A stretch of 64,000 nt of DNA, from contig JBGSMD010000002.1 in NCBI GenBank assembly GCA_041740355.1, positions 18,070 to 82,069 on the forward strand. Reading direction: 5' to 3'. The DNA comes from Bdellovibrionota bacterium. GTDB lineage: Bacteria > Bdellovibrionota_C > UBA2361 > CALJRW01. A model generated the notes under the pieces. It was given only the letters and a program-made list of their open reading frames with translations. It made no database searches and was not told where the DNA came from. Both the position numbers and the translations under genes were made by a program. Positions 51,671-62,149 of this stretch are shown here, one piece after another. How positions within the stretch are numbered: the stretch's first letter is position 1; each line of letters starts with the position of its first letter.

Positions 51671-52776
51671 AAACTAAGAATTTAATTGTCATTGCATTTA
51701 TTGCCTTTCTGGGCGGAATGTTTTTATGGCCTCAGAATACTGTTGTTAAACTTTCAGAAGAAAGAATTACTAGCCCAGTTGTGCTTGCTCCGAGAACAAC
51801 GGAAGAAGAGAACACTATTTCAGTTTATAAGAAAACAAAAGAAGCCGTAATTTTTATCTCTACTGTCTCAATGACGGTTGATCCCTTTGATTGGTTTCCA
51901 CAATATAAGCAACAACAAGGTTCTGGATCTGGTGTAATTATTGATGCCAAGAAGGGGATCGTACTTACCAATCTTCACGTAATATCGAACGCCCAAAAGA
52001 TTGAAATCTTTTTATCTGATAGTAAATCTTATCAGGCAGAATTACTGGGAATGGATTCTTCTTCAGATTTAGCAGTATTACAAATCCTTAACCCTCCATC
52101 TGAAATCTACGATGTTAAATTAGGAGACTCCGATCACTTAGAGGTCGGTCAAAGAGTTTTTGCTATCGGGAATCCCTTTGGCCTAAATAGAACTTTAACC
52201 ACTGGAATTGTCTCTAGCTTAGATCGCACATTAAAAACAGCTGAAAATACCTACCTCAAAGGTCTGATCCAAACAGATGCCGCCATTAATCCAGGAAATT
52301 CTGGGGGACCTCTTTTGGATAGCAATGGTGATTTAATCGGCATTAATACTGTAATTTTAAGTCAGTCTGGTGATTCCGCCGGAATTGGTTTTGCTATTCC
52401 GATTAATCGAATCAAAAAAATACTTCCAGAGCTTATGAAAACAGGTAAGGTGCTAAGACCAGATTTTGGCTGGGTTTTAGCTGATACCAATCAAGGACCA
52501 GTGGTGCGAAGAGTATTTCAAGATAGTCCCGCGGCCAAGGCTGAAGTGCAAGGACTAGAAAGGCATATTAATAAAGGCTTCATCCAAAGTTTTTACCTTG
52601 ATTACCGCTCTGCCGATTTAATCTATAAAATTAATGGAAATAGAGTTTCTAATAAATTGGATGTTGAAACTATAATTGAAAGCCTAGAACCTGAGCAAAG
52701 TTTAGAATTCGAATTTAGAACTGGTGGAGTTAACGGCCCTGCCAAAACAATCAATTTAAAACCAGAATGGCGCTAA
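51667..52776 (+). CDS. HtrA/DegP-like trypsin serine protease with PDZ-like domain
   Basis: TNLHVI, DLAVL, QTDAAINPGNSGG. Confidence 0.92.
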   Translation: MKTKNLIVIAFIAFLGGMFLWPQNTVVKLSEERITSPVVLAPRTTEEENTISVYKKTKEAVIFISTVSMTVDPFDWFPQYKQQQGSGSGVIIDAKKGIVLTNLHVISNAQKIEIFLSDSKSYQAELLGMDSSSDLAVLQILNPPSEIYDVKLGDSDHLEVGQRVFAIGNPFGLNRTLTTGIVSSLDRTLKTAENTYLKGLIQTDAAINPGNSGGPLLDSNGDLIGINTVILSQSGDSAGIGFAIPINRIKKILPELMKTGKVLRPDFGWVLADTNQGPVVRRVFQDSPAAKAEVQGLERHINKGFIQSFYLDYRSADLIYKINGNRVSNKLDVETIIESLEPEQSLEFEFRTGGVNGPAKTINLKPEWR

Positions 52777-54557
52777 ATCAAGTTAGAGTTTTAGATGACT
52801 TAACTATTAATCAGATATCTGCTGGTGAGGTCGTAGATCGTCCAGTTTCGGTTGTTCGTGAGTTAGTAGAGAATGCTTTAGATGCTGGCGCTACAAAGAT
52901 TATTGTTCATCTGAATAACGCAGGTAAAAGCTTAATTAAAATTTCTGATAACGGATCTGGGATGAGTAAAGACGATGTCTTGTTAGCTATCGAGCGTCAC
53001 GCTACATCCAAGATTAGTAAAGCAAGTGATCTTAACACCTTAGTTAGCTTAGGATTTAGAGGAGAAGCATTACCTTCAATTGCTTCTGTTTCAAAAATGC
53101 AAATTAAAACTAGATTAGCAGCAGAAACTACAGGTACATTATTAATTATCAATGGGGGTCAGCTGCTTCAAGTAAAAGATGTTAGTTGTAATCAAGGAAC
53201 TAGCATAGAAGTAGCAAAATTATTTTTCAATACACCTGCTAGAAAAAACTTCCTAAAATCTAATCGTACTGAAGAACTAAAAATTAAGCATTGGCTGCAA
53301 TCAATTGCCATTGCTAACCCAAACCTTGCTTTACAACTATATGTTGATGAGGTGCTCTGCTTAAACCTTCCAGGAAATGAATTAATCGACGATAGAACTA
53401 AGAAAGTTTTCCCAGATTCATTAATTCAGGTAAGTCAAAATAACCAAAATTTTAGTTTAAACGGATTTCTTTCTGCTCCGTCGCTTTCACTTTCTGATGC
53501 CTCGGGATTAATGATTATTGTTAACAAACGATTGGTCAGTGATCGTTTGATTTTAAGAGCGGTCAAAGAGGCCTTTGGAATTGCCTTGAAAATTAAAGAA
53601 TTCCCAAAAGGGTTTTTACATTTAGAGCTTCCTCCTTCTGAAGTCGATGTAAATGTTCATCCTCAAAAATCAGAGGTCCGTTTCCAGGACTCTCAAAGTG
53701 TTTTTGCGTTTATCCAAGAATCCATTCAAAAAGCAATTCAAACTTACTCTGCCCCAAATGTTTGGCTTAGCAAAAATCAAGCAAAGACATCATGGGAAAA
53801 TGCAATCTATCAAGGTCCTGTAAATGTTTCCCCAAACAACAACTTAAGTTTAGGTTTAAATCCAAACTTATCAACAAGACCCCAAGAATTATCTATTTCT
53901 GAAAATCAAACTTTCGTTAATCAGACTACAATTCAATCTCCAACGGAACAACAAAATACTAACCTAGGATTTCCAAAGTTCTCAGATTTAAAACTTATTG
54001 GTCAGGCACTTGATTGCTATTTAATCTGTGAATATCAAGGAGATCTATTCATCGTTGATCTTCATGCAGCCCACGAACGTTATAATTATAATGTGGTCAA
54101 AAGTAATTTCTTAAAACGCAATAAAGATTCACAAATGCTTTTACTACCAGTTACAATTAGTCTTAATGCAGAACAACAATCCAATCTTTTATTGCAAAAG
54201 GAGCAGTTAGCAAATTTTGGTTTTAGATTTGAAGGGCAGGGAGATTCTCACTTGTTAATTTCTGAGATACCATCTGTTTTAAAAGGAAAAGATTTGATTA
54301 ATCTAATCAAAGAGCTTGCTGTTAGAGAGGATGATCTTAACTCAAATAGGTCTTGGGATAATTATACTGATTATGTTTGTGCAAGAATAGCTTGTCATGC
54401 CAGCAAAAGATCTGGCGACCAACTATCAAGAGCGGGTGTTTATGCTCTATTTGATAGCCTTGATAATTCAGAATTTGCGGGCGCCTGTCCACATGGAAGA
54501 CCTACCATGATAAAATTAAGTATTAATGAAATCGAGAAAAGCTTTGGTCGGATCTGA
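52767..54557 (+). CDS. mutL: DNA mismatch repair protein MutL
   Basis: NQISAGEVV, GFRGEAL, DVNVHPQK, DLHAAHER, CPHGRP. Confidence 0.97.
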   Translation: MALNQVRVLDDLTINQISAGEVVDRPVSVVRELVENALDAGATKIIVHLNNAGKSLIKISDNGSGMSKDDVLLAIERHATSKISKASDLNTLVSLGFRGEALPSIASVSKMQIKTRLAAETTGTLLIINGGQLLQVKDVSCNQGTSIEVAKLFFNTPARKNFLKSNRTEELKIKHWLQSIAIANPNLALQLYVDEVLCLNLPGNELIDDRTKKVFPDSLIQVSQNNQNFSLNGFLSAPSLSLSDASGLMIIVNKRLVSDRLILRAVKEAFGIALKIKEFPKGFLHLELPPSEVDVNVHPQKSEVRFQDSQSVFAFIQESIQKAIQTYSAPNVWLSKNQAKTSWENAIYQGPVNVSPNNNLSLGLNPNLSTRPQELSISENQTFVNQTTIQSPTEQQNTNLGFPKFSDLKLIGQALDCYLICEYQGDLFIVDLHAAHERYNYNVVKSNFLKRNKDSQMLLLPVTISLNAEQQSNLLLQKEQLANFGFRFEGQGDSHLLISEIPSVLKGKDLINLIKELAVREDDLNSNRSWDNYTDYVCARIACHASKRSGDQLSRAGVYALFDSLDNSEFAGACPHGRPTMIKLSINEIEKSFGRI

Positions 54558-55572
54558 GAAACCTAAAATTATAATTATTGCTGGTCCTACGGCAAGCGGG
54601 AAAACTGCACTTAGCCTAGAACTGGCCCATGAACTAAATGGAGAAATAGTTAATATCGATTCAGTGCAAATTTTTAAGCATTTCAATATTGGTAGTGCTA
54701 AACTTCCTGTTGATCAAAGGCAAGGGATAACTCACCATTTAATTGACATTATTGAACCTAATGAAACTTTTAATGTGGCTTCCTACAAACGTTTAGCAGA
54801 CGAGCTAATTCTTGATATTTCCAGTCGAGGCAAAACCCCAATCTTTGTTGGTGGTTCCAGTCTATACATCAAAGTCCTACTTCATGGGCTAACCACGGAG
54901 ATGGGTAGTGATTTAGAACTCCGAGATAAATTAGAATTAGAAGAATTACAAAAATTAGTAGCGGATCTAATTAAATTAGACCCCGAGCTATCAAAAACAA
55001 TTGATCTTCAAAATAAACGTCGCGTTGTGCGAGCCTTAGAAAGTATTAGTTGTAATCAAACCTCAGTAAGTCTAGCTCAAAATAATCATCATTTTAAATC
55101 AATTGATTACCAAGCCTTGATTGTCCTCTTGGAAGCAAATCGAGCAGCTTTGTACCAAAAAATTAATCTTCGTGCCGAAGAAATGATCCAAGCAGGGCTG
55201 ATTGAGGAAACAAAAAATATTCTAAATAATTTTGGAGAGAATTGTTCCGGACTAAAAAGTTTAGGGTACCGAGAAACCATGAAATACATAGCAGGAGAGT
55301 TGACCTTAAATGAACTTCCTGAATTAATCGCACAGAACACTAGGCGTTTTGCTAAGAAGCAATTAACCTTTTGGCGAAATGAACCCAAAAAGAGAAATTG
55401 GGTAGAAATTAAAAATAATTCTGAAAATCCTGAATCCTTATTGCATAATCTTGCATCAAATGAAGAGTATCAAGTTTTTATTAAAGCTAAATCATTAGAA
55501 ATATCTAATATATTTAACGACTTAGGTGATATTAACGAGATACAAGTTAAGATCCTTAAGGCACAAGTATAA
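54526..55572 (+). CDS. miaA: tRNA dimethylallyltransferase
   Basis: GPTASGKT, DSVQ, IGSAK, LGYRE, TRRFAKKQ. Confidence 0.95.
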   Translation: MKSRKALVGSEKPKIIIIAGPTASGKTALSLELAHELNGEIVNIDSVQIFKHFNIGSAKLPVDQRQGITHHLIDIIEPNETFNVASYKRLADELILDISSRGKTPIFVGGSSLYIKVLLHGLTTEMGSDLELRDKLELEELQKLVADLIKLDPELSKTIDLQNKRRVVRALESISCNQTSVSLAQNNHHFKSIDYQALIVLLEANRAALYQKINLRAEEMIQAGLIEETKNILNNFGENCSGLKSLGYRETMKYIAGELTLNELPELIAQNTRRFAKKQLTFWRNEPKKRNWVEIKNNSENPESLLHNLASNEEYQVFIKAKSLEISNIFNDLGDINEIQVKILKAQV

Positions 55573-55680
55573 AATCATAAAAATTTTATCTAGTGTAAGT
55601 ATTTTTTTTTTAGTATAAATTATTTATCAATGTTTATGCTAATTTATAGCAAATTTAACTTATAAGAATTGGAGTAGAAA

Positions 55681-55878
55681 ATGTCTAATGAGATTTCAAA
55701 AAACGCGGTAATCGTAAATGAAGAAAAGAAAGAAAAAGGTGCTTCATTGGTAGAATATGGTCTACTTGTAGCTTTGATCGCCGTTGTTTGTATTGCTGCG
55801 ATTACTACGCTAGGTAGTAACATTAGTACTAAGTTTTCTGGTGTTGGAACAAGTATAAGTGTTGCTGGTGGAAACTAA
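55681..55878 (+). CDS. flp: Flp (type IVb) major pilin
   Basis: KG|ASLVEYGLLVALIAVVCI Flp motif; GGAG SD. Confidence 0.92.
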   Translation: MSNEISKNAVIVNEEKKEKGASLVEYGLLVALIAVVCIAAITTLGSNISTKFSGVGTSISVAGGN

Positions 55879-56070
55879 TTAGGTATTTATAGATCCTTTT
55901 GGGTCCTAAAAGCTAATTTATACTATAATAAAGCTCGTTGTTTTAATGTAAGTTTATTACTAAACTACTTTAATACATCGGGTTTTTTATTTTATTTCAT
56001 TCAGCATTACACCAATAAAACTTCCTTTCTATTCGTTTGCTCATACAAAATTCTTCCCAATAGTTGATTC

Positions 56071-57624
56071 TTGTTCAATATTACAAATAAACTTAAATAT
56101 TTAATCTTGCGGTTCGGGATTCAAGAACTTTGTGTTTTAATTTGTCTCTTAAGTCTAATCATATTGAAGCTTCAGGATTTTGCTACCGATCCTGGAATAG
56201 GTTGGCATTTAAAAACTGGAGAGTGGATATCAACAAATTTTCAAATTCCTGAGGTTGACCCGTTTTTATTTTCCACAATTGGAAAAAAATGGATACCTGA
56301 CCAATGGCTAGCAGATTTGATTTTATATTACATCTACGAAGTCGGCTCATGGCCTTTAGTCTACAGTTTGTTAACGCTGATTTACCTCTACACTTTTGTA
56401 TATTCACTCTCTAGCAAAATAATTTACTTGAATTCAGGCGGCATCTTAACCTCATTAATAGTCTTATTTGGTTTTTTCTGGGCTCAAATCCACTTTATAA
56501 TGCGTCCCGTACTCTTTAGCTTTCTATTTTTTCAAATTATTTATCTCGAATTTTTAAAAATCTTACAGCACGAAAAAGCCACAAAAACTAGCTATCTAAA
56601 AATTTTTCTTGTAGCTATTCTCTGGGTTAATTCTCACCCTAGTTATTTGTTACTTTGGGTGATATTTGCATTCCTTGTTCTTGCAAAATTATTCACAAAA
56701 TCAAGTCTTATAGTAACTGTTAAAGAGTGTTATCCGATCTTTCTACTCCTTTTAGTAGCTTCCTGCTGCTCTCCCAATGCCCTTAGTTTATTTAATACCG
56801 TTCTGGAATTAGGAGTAACACAGTTTAACAACCCAAGTTATAAAGAATGGCAATCACCAGATTTAACACTCTGGGGAAGTTTATTATTCTCATTACCATG
56901 GATACTTTGTTTAATAATAACCTACAAAAAACGCTTAACTCTTGATACATATGTCATATTCCAGTTACTGTGTTGCTTATTTTTGACCATTTGTTCCTTA
57001 CGTGCAGCTAGATTCTTACCTTACTACGCAATCGTAATTGTTCCATTATTTCACCTTACTTTAATGAATGTACCATGGAGCCGTAACCTTAGTTGGAAGA
57101 AACTTTTAGCCGAGAGTTGGACGAACTTAGAAATGCGTCAATCTCTAAAATCAGATGGTCGGATACTCTTTAGTTTATCAGCAATTTTACTAATTCTATA
57201 TTCTTTAAGTTTCAATAAAGTTCCATTCTATCAAGGTACACTTGGCCCCAAAGACAGATTTCATCCACAGTTAATAAGTTATTTATTAAATGAGAATTCG
57301 GCTCTTAAAGAGATTAAGATCTTAAATAGTGTTAACTATGGGGGCTATCTAACTGGGTGGGGAAAAGGAAAGATTAAAGCTTACATCGACGATCGAACCA
57401 CGCTGCATGGATTAGATTTTTACAAAGAACTTGAAGATAATTGGAAACCAAACAAAATTGAACGCTTTGCTCTTAAGCAAGAAGCTGACTATATCATGTA
57501 CGAACTTATTGAACAGAATCAAGAACTAACGAGTTATTTCAAATCCTTTAAAAAAAACAGTATCGTCTTTATAAATAGTGAGGTGATCTTAATTGATGTC
57601 CAGAAACTTCATACTAACATTTAA
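56071..57624 (+). CDS. Polytopic GT-C-fold membrane protein (TfpW-like glycosyltransferase candidate)
   Basis: DPGIGWHLKTGEWI..IP..DPF..W..WL, MRP, LWVNSH, EWQSP, GGYL, YIDDR; >10 TM. Confidence 0.6.
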   Translation: MFNITNKLKYLILRFGIQELCVLICLLSLIILKLQDFATDPGIGWHLKTGEWISTNFQIPEVDPFLFSTIGKKWIPDQWLADLILYYIYEVGSWPLVYSLLTLIYLYTFVYSLSSKIIYLNSGGILTSLIVLFGFFWAQIHFIMRPVLFSFLFFQIIYLEFLKILQHEKATKTSYLKIFLVAILWVNSHPSYLLLWVIFAFLVLAKLFTKSSLIVTVKECYPIFLLLLVASCCSPNALSLFNTVLELGVTQFNNPSYKEWQSPDLTLWGSLLFSLPWILCLIITYKKRLTLDTYVIFQLLCCLFLTICSLRAARFLPYYAIVIVPLFHLTLMNVPWSRNLSWKKLLAESWTNLEMRQSLKSDGRILFSLSAILLILYSLSFNKVPFYQGTLGPKDRFHPQLISYLLNENSALKEIKILNSVNYGGYLTGWGKGKIKAYIDDRTTLHGLDFYKELEDNWKPNKIERFALKQEADYIMYELIEQNQELTSYFKSFKKNSIVFINSEVILIDVQKLHTNI

Positions 57625-57648
57625 TCCAAACTAATCCTCTTCTTATAT

Positions 57649-58812
57649 ATGACAAGAGATCAAATAAAATTAATTATTTCTATTGAGATAATCTTTCTTA
57701 CTTTATTTATTTTGATATTTGTCCAGATCTCAAAATCGGAACACCCTTGTTTAGTTATTCCAGGCAATCAATTTGCATTCTGGCAAACTGCTAATGCTTT
57801 CAAAGCAGAAATCAACCCATATGATGTTGAATATTCTTCTCGGTTGATAACTCACGCTTACTGTAAAAACGGCACCTTACCAGAGATAGTTTGGTCACCT
57901 CCGATCCTACATCCATTAATTGGCTGGTATTCAAGTTTTGAGTATCAGGAATTTTTATCATTAAATTTATTTTTTTCTGCCGCGCTAACTTTACTAGCAT
58001 TCTTAATTCTGAGTTTCAGGTACGAATTATATCAGACACCAATACTATTAAGTTTTTCTAGAATCTTGATACTGACATCACTGCCATTATACCTGATGTT
58101 AATTTGTGCTCCTGCTTTACCAATTAGCCTACTTGGGCTATCGCTTTTTCTATTTATTATCAAAAACAAGAAACTCACTAATAGCGTTATCGCTGGAATT
58201 GGACTAGGCCTTTCGGCGGTCAAACCACATGCTGTTTTTTATGTATTTATTCTTGTCTTAATTTATTCAATTAGAAAAAAATCTTTTCGAACACTAACCG
58301 GAATAGCACTAACAATCCTAGTATTACTGACATTAGCAATTTTGAAACAACCAGAAATACTCAAGTATTATCTAGAGGCTCTACCAAGCTTTCCTAGCTC
58401 TTACCAAACTCCAACAATAAACAGAATAATTTTTCAGATATTTAATCTACCGATTGAACAACTCGCCTATTATGGAATGATTCCAGTAATATTTTTTATA
58501 GTTTATCTATCTATCGTAAAACTTCCAGAAAGCAACTATTTAATTCAAATCTCAATTTTACTATCAATCATTCTCGCACCATACCTTTGGAGTTATGAGT
58601 TTATTCTCTTTGCGCCTTTAGCATTCCATCTGTTATCATTTTCTAGTCACAGAAACCAACGGTTATACTTTTATGTTTTTTTGATTGGAAATATATTATT
58701 AATACTATCGGCCTTAAACTTTCATATGGCCTACGATGTTTTCTATCCAATTCTAATTGCTGTCGGCTTTTTGTTAGCTAAACTGCCATGGAAGGTGATT
58801 CGCCCCAAATAA
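57649..58812 (+). CDS. GT87-like GT-C glycosyltransferase
   Basis: NPYD, WSPP, VKPH, PYLWSYE; polytopic. Confidence 0.6.
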   Translation: MTRDQIKLIISIEIIFLTLFILIFVQISKSEHPCLVIPGNQFAFWQTANAFKAEINPYDVEYSSRLITHAYCKNGTLPEIVWSPPILHPLIGWYSSFEYQEFLSLNLFFSAALTLLAFLILSFRYELYQTPILLSFSRILILTSLPLYLMLICAPALPISLLGLSLFLFIIKNKKLTNSVIAGIGLGLSAVKPHAVFYVFILVLIYSIRKKSFRTLTGIALTILVLLTLAILKQPEILKYYLEALPSFPSSYQTPTINRIIFQIFNLPIEQLAYYGMIPVIFFIVYLSIVKLPESNYLIQISILLSIILAPYLWSYEFILFAPLAFHLLSFSSHRNQRLYFYVFLIGNILLILSALNFHMAYDVFYPILIAVGFLLAKLPWKVIRPK

Positions 58813-59025
58813 TATCAGACTTGAAAATATCTTTTGACTATAATTCTTCATAATAGCTAAGTATTTTAAATAGCAGCTTCAATTTTGAATTTAAATTAAA
58901 TAAATGCTAGTTTACACTAATTATAAAGTCGTTAATTTGTGCTCGATCTATCGGACAAAAAACGTAATCTTAATTTTTGGCTATTTAAAGCATTCAACTC
59001 ACTAATATTAGTATTGGAAAATATT

Positions 59026-60006
59026 ATGGCAATAAAATCACCCTTAGATTTCGAATTACCTTTAGTGGAATTAGAAAGTAAACTTGAAGAATTAAAGGAT
59101 CTAATTGCTAGTGGAGATCAAAGCAAGATCGAGGAGTATGCAAAACTAGAACGTCAAACTCAAAAGCTCACTACCGATATTTATGGTAAGTTAATCCCAT
59201 ATCAACGAGTTCAATTATCTCGCCATTTCGATCGACCATTTACATTAGATTTCATTAAACATTTAACCTCTGATTTCATTGAATTCCATGGCGACCGATT
59301 ATTTAGAGATGACCCAGCGATCGTAGGTGGAACAGCTCGTCTAGCTGGATTAAAAGTAATGTTGATTGGTCACCAACGAGGTCGCACAACTCAAGATCGT
59401 CTTTATCGGAATTTTGGTATGGCGAATCCAGATGGTTATCGCAAAGCACTTAGACTATTTCGAATGGCTGAAAAGTTTAAGTTGCCAATTATTAATTTTA
59501 TAGATACTCAAGGCGCTTACCCAGGTCTCGAAGCGGAAGAGCGTGGACAAGCGGAAGCAATTGCTCGTAACATTCAAGAACTAGCAGAGATATCTGTCCC
59601 AATTATTTGTGTAGTAATTGGAGAAGGTGGAAGTGGGGGTGCATTAGCTTTGGGAGTTGGCGATCGAGTATTAATGCTGGAAAACTCTTGTTATTCTGTG
59701 ATTACACCCGAAGGTTGTGCTTCGATTCTTTGGGGTAAAACGGATTCCGGTACTGGAACTAACTATGCTGCAGTTGCCGCTGAAGCACTCAATTTGACGG
59801 CTGATAAACTTTTAACACTGGGAGTAATTGATGAAATTGTGCCGGAGCCAATTGGTGGAGCACATCGTAATCATAAAGAAGCTGCTGAAAATTTGCAGCC
59901 TTTTCTAATCAGACACTTAGAGCAAATCAGTAGCTTAAGTGTAGAAGAGATGCTAGAACAACGCTACCAAAGATTTAGAAAACTTGGTCCAGTTGAAGAA
60001 CAATAG
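59026..60006 (+). CDS. accA: Acetyl-CoA carboxylase carboxyltransferase alpha subunit
   Basis: LDFELP, HGDR, GYRKALR, GEGGSGGAL; start set at MAIKSPL. Confidence 0.97.
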   Translation: MAIKSPLDFELPLVELESKLEELKDLIASGDQSKIEEYAKLERQTQKLTTDIYGKLIPYQRVQLSRHFDRPFTLDFIKHLTSDFIEFHGDRLFRDDPAIVGGTARLAGLKVMLIGHQRGRTTQDRLYRNFGMANPDGYRKALRLFRMAEKFKLPIINFIDTQGAYPGLEAEERGQAEAIARNIQELAEISVPIICVVIGEGGSGGALALGVGDRVLMLENSCYSVITPEGCASILWGKTDSGTGTNYAAVAAEALNLTADKLLTLGVIDEIVPEPIGGAHRNHKEAAENLQPFLIRHLEQISSLSVEEMLEQRYQRFRKLGPVEEQ

Positions 60007-60111
60007 TAATTAAATAATTCGCTAATTTGTTCAATGTGACTTTTAGTCAAATTTTTAATAGATCTTGGTTTTTTCAAGATAATAAATTCAGTTTATATTT
60101 ATAAGTATTTT

Positions 60112-60348
60112 ATGGCAGGTGATGCAATTGAGATGGATGGTTTAGTTGAGGAATGTTTTCCTGGAGCTGAATTTCGCGTTAAGTGTGATAATGGTCACGT
60201 AATTAAAGCTTACCTGTCTGGTAAGATGAGAAAGTATTATATTAAAGTCGTGCCAGGCGATCGTGTAACAGTAGAAATTTCTCCCTACGATTTAAGTAAA
60301 GGAAGAATCACAAAAAGACTTCAAAACCCACCGCGAGAACAGAACTAG
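60112..60348 (+). CDS. infA: Translation initiation factor IF-1
   Basis: [27 protein letters not shown]. Confidence 0.96.
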   Translation: MAGDAIEMDGLVEECFPGAEFRVKCDNGHVIKAYLSGKMRKYYIKVVPGDRVTVEISPYDLSKGRITKRLQNPPREQN

Positions 60349-60622
60349 TCTTTTTTAGTTTATTTAGTAAGTCTTAAATCGACCAGTTTTATAGAATTAA
60401 ATCGCTTTAAATAGGTCAATATACAAGGTAATTTGTTGAGTTGGAAATAAGCTGTTAAGAAACTTTATAATATAGTTTTCGTCATAATACTCCTTGACTA
60501 TTATACGGCGGTTGTATTTAATTCCTGAAACAACTCCCTAATAGTTAACTCATGTCTCCCTTAAGATAATAAATCTCAGCATTCGTTTGGATATTTTATT
60601 TATCAACTATTCTGCCAATCTA

Positions 60623-60652
60623 TTGACATAATTACTGATAATAGTTAATAAT
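60623..60652 (+). promoter_or_regulatory. Sigma70-type promoter of tRNA-Glu
   Basis: TTGACA-N18-AATAAT; a second candidate TTGACT-N17-TTTAAT near 60494. Confidence 0.5.
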
Positions 60653-60664
60653 CTTCCTCCTTGG

Positions 60665-60737
60665 GTCCCCATCGTCTAGAGGCCTAGGACATCGGCCTTT
60701 CACGCTGGTAACACGGGTTCGAATCCCGTTGGGGACG
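60665..60737 (+). tRNA. tRNA-Glu (TTC)
   Basis: Acceptor gtcccca/tggggac, anticodon loop ctTTCac, GTTCGAATC; CCA not encoded. Confidence 0.95.
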
Positions 60738-60760
60738 TATCTTTAGAGATACATAAGATC

Positions 60761-60933
60761 AAATCTTATTAACAATAAAGGATAGAAAGCGAAGCTTTCT
60801 TAGCCTTTATTTATGTAAGGTATTGAATCACCTTTCACAATACTCAACAAAAAATCTTATTAATATTGTGATGTCAAATAAAGGATAGAAAGTGAAGCTT
60901 TTTTCTGCTTTTATTTCAACAAGTGTTCTAATC
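60761..60933. repeat. Two degenerate tandem hairpin units downstream of tRNA-Glu
   Basis: aaatcttattaa..aataaaggatagaaag(c/t)gaagcttt..ttattt at 60761 and 60852. Confidence 0.7.
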
Positions 60934-61185
60934 CTATAAACATTGACAATAAAGTAAAACTTATAAGTTTTATATTTATCTAAAAAATAGATAGTAAAAA
61001 CATCATACTAATTATATTAAATCATATTAAAGTTAGCTTAAACGTATTAGAACTAATTTTAATCATGAAAGTAATTATTAATATTTTGTTACTTTAGATT
61101 AATTACTTTTCTATATACTGCCGAAGTTGTATCATCTGATTAGTTTAATAATTAAACTATTACATTTTAAATTTATAAATCTACA

Positions 61186-61785
61186 ATGAAAAAGCTTATA
61201 TCAGTATTGTTAATTGCAGTACTATTGTTTAGTTGCCCGCTGTTTGCAGAAAGTGGTTCAAAAAATAAAAATGGACAAAAGAAACAAGTGTTGCAGCTTC
61301 TTAAGAAGTTAAATCGTTCCGAAAAAGCCTTAGCTAAAAAATTTAATCGTTTAAGTCCAGAAGCTAAACTTGAGGTAATTAGCAAAACATCAGCAGATAA
61401 TAATTCTGATGACGATGATCTTAATGATTTCATTGAAGGTGCATTGGATCTAAACAAGTGTAGCTCTGATAGTGACGATGATGGACTTGATGACAGTGAT
61501 GAAATCGAAAATGGAAAAGACCCTAGTGATGATGATAGTGATGACGATGGCTATGAGGATGGACTAGAATTTGAAGTCCATGGCCTAATCGAGTCAATTG
61601 ATTCTGGAAGCTTAAACATTGCTTCAATTAACTACCTACTTAATGAAAACACTGAATATTTGGATGACGACAATAATCCTGCAACATTGGAAGATTTTGT
61701 AGTAGGAGATTGTACAGAAGTGGAAGGGCATCTTTCAGGTGGTGATTATGTGGTAGAGAAAGTTAAAGAAGATGATGATTGCTAA
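61186..61785 (+). CDS. Secreted protein with Asp-rich (TSP3-like Ca-binding) repeats and DUF5666-like C-terminal domain
   Basis: Signal peptide, DSDDDGLDDSDE/DSDDDGYEDG, VGDCTEVEG. Confidence 0.6.
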   Translation: MKKLISVLLIAVLLFSCPLFAESGSKNKNGQKKQVLQLLKKLNRSEKALAKKFNRLSPEAKLEVISKTSADNNSDDDDLNDFIEGALDLNKCSSDSDDDGLDDSDEIENGKDPSDDDSDDDGYEDGLEFEVHGLIESIDSGSLNIASINYLLNENTEYLDDDNNPATLEDFVVGDCTEVEGHLSGGDYVVEKVKEDDDC

Positions 61786-61981
61786 ATCTTTAAATAATTT
61801 AAATATACTAGGTAAAAATAAAGAGTAATAATTGATTTATATTTGCCTAGTATTATAGCAAATACTGCTTGATGCGACCCACGGGGGTCGCATAGTATTA
61901 ACCTTATAAATTCAGATTATTTACTGGGGAAAACGATTATATTAAAACCTAGCATGAGTAATAATCAGTAATTATTCGCAG

Positions 61982-62011
61982 GCTAGTCCACCGTAGCTTA
62001 AGTGAATAGGG
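61982..62011 (+). repeat. Family C REP-like motif
   Basis: gctagtccaccgtagcttaagtgaa. Confidence 0.4.
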
Positions 62012-62149
62012 AAACTTTTTTCAAAGCAGTTCAATAAATTCTAATGGTTTTTAGTATCACCCGTAATAATAAGATGTTGTTATCGGGCAACAACATTTTT
62101 TGCTTGCTTGTCGATTTTCTTTGATAAATAAAGTTAATATCTCTAGAAA

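Noticed and set aside
60761-60985. CRISPR array
   Set aside because: Only two or three degenerate units, irregular spacing, no cas genes.
61400-61560. gatgac/gatagt low-complexity DNA repeats
   Set aside because: Explained by Asp-rich protein repeats.
60738-62149. Genomic island integrated at tRNA-Glu
   Set aside because: No integrase and no duplicated tRNA 3' end seen within the window.
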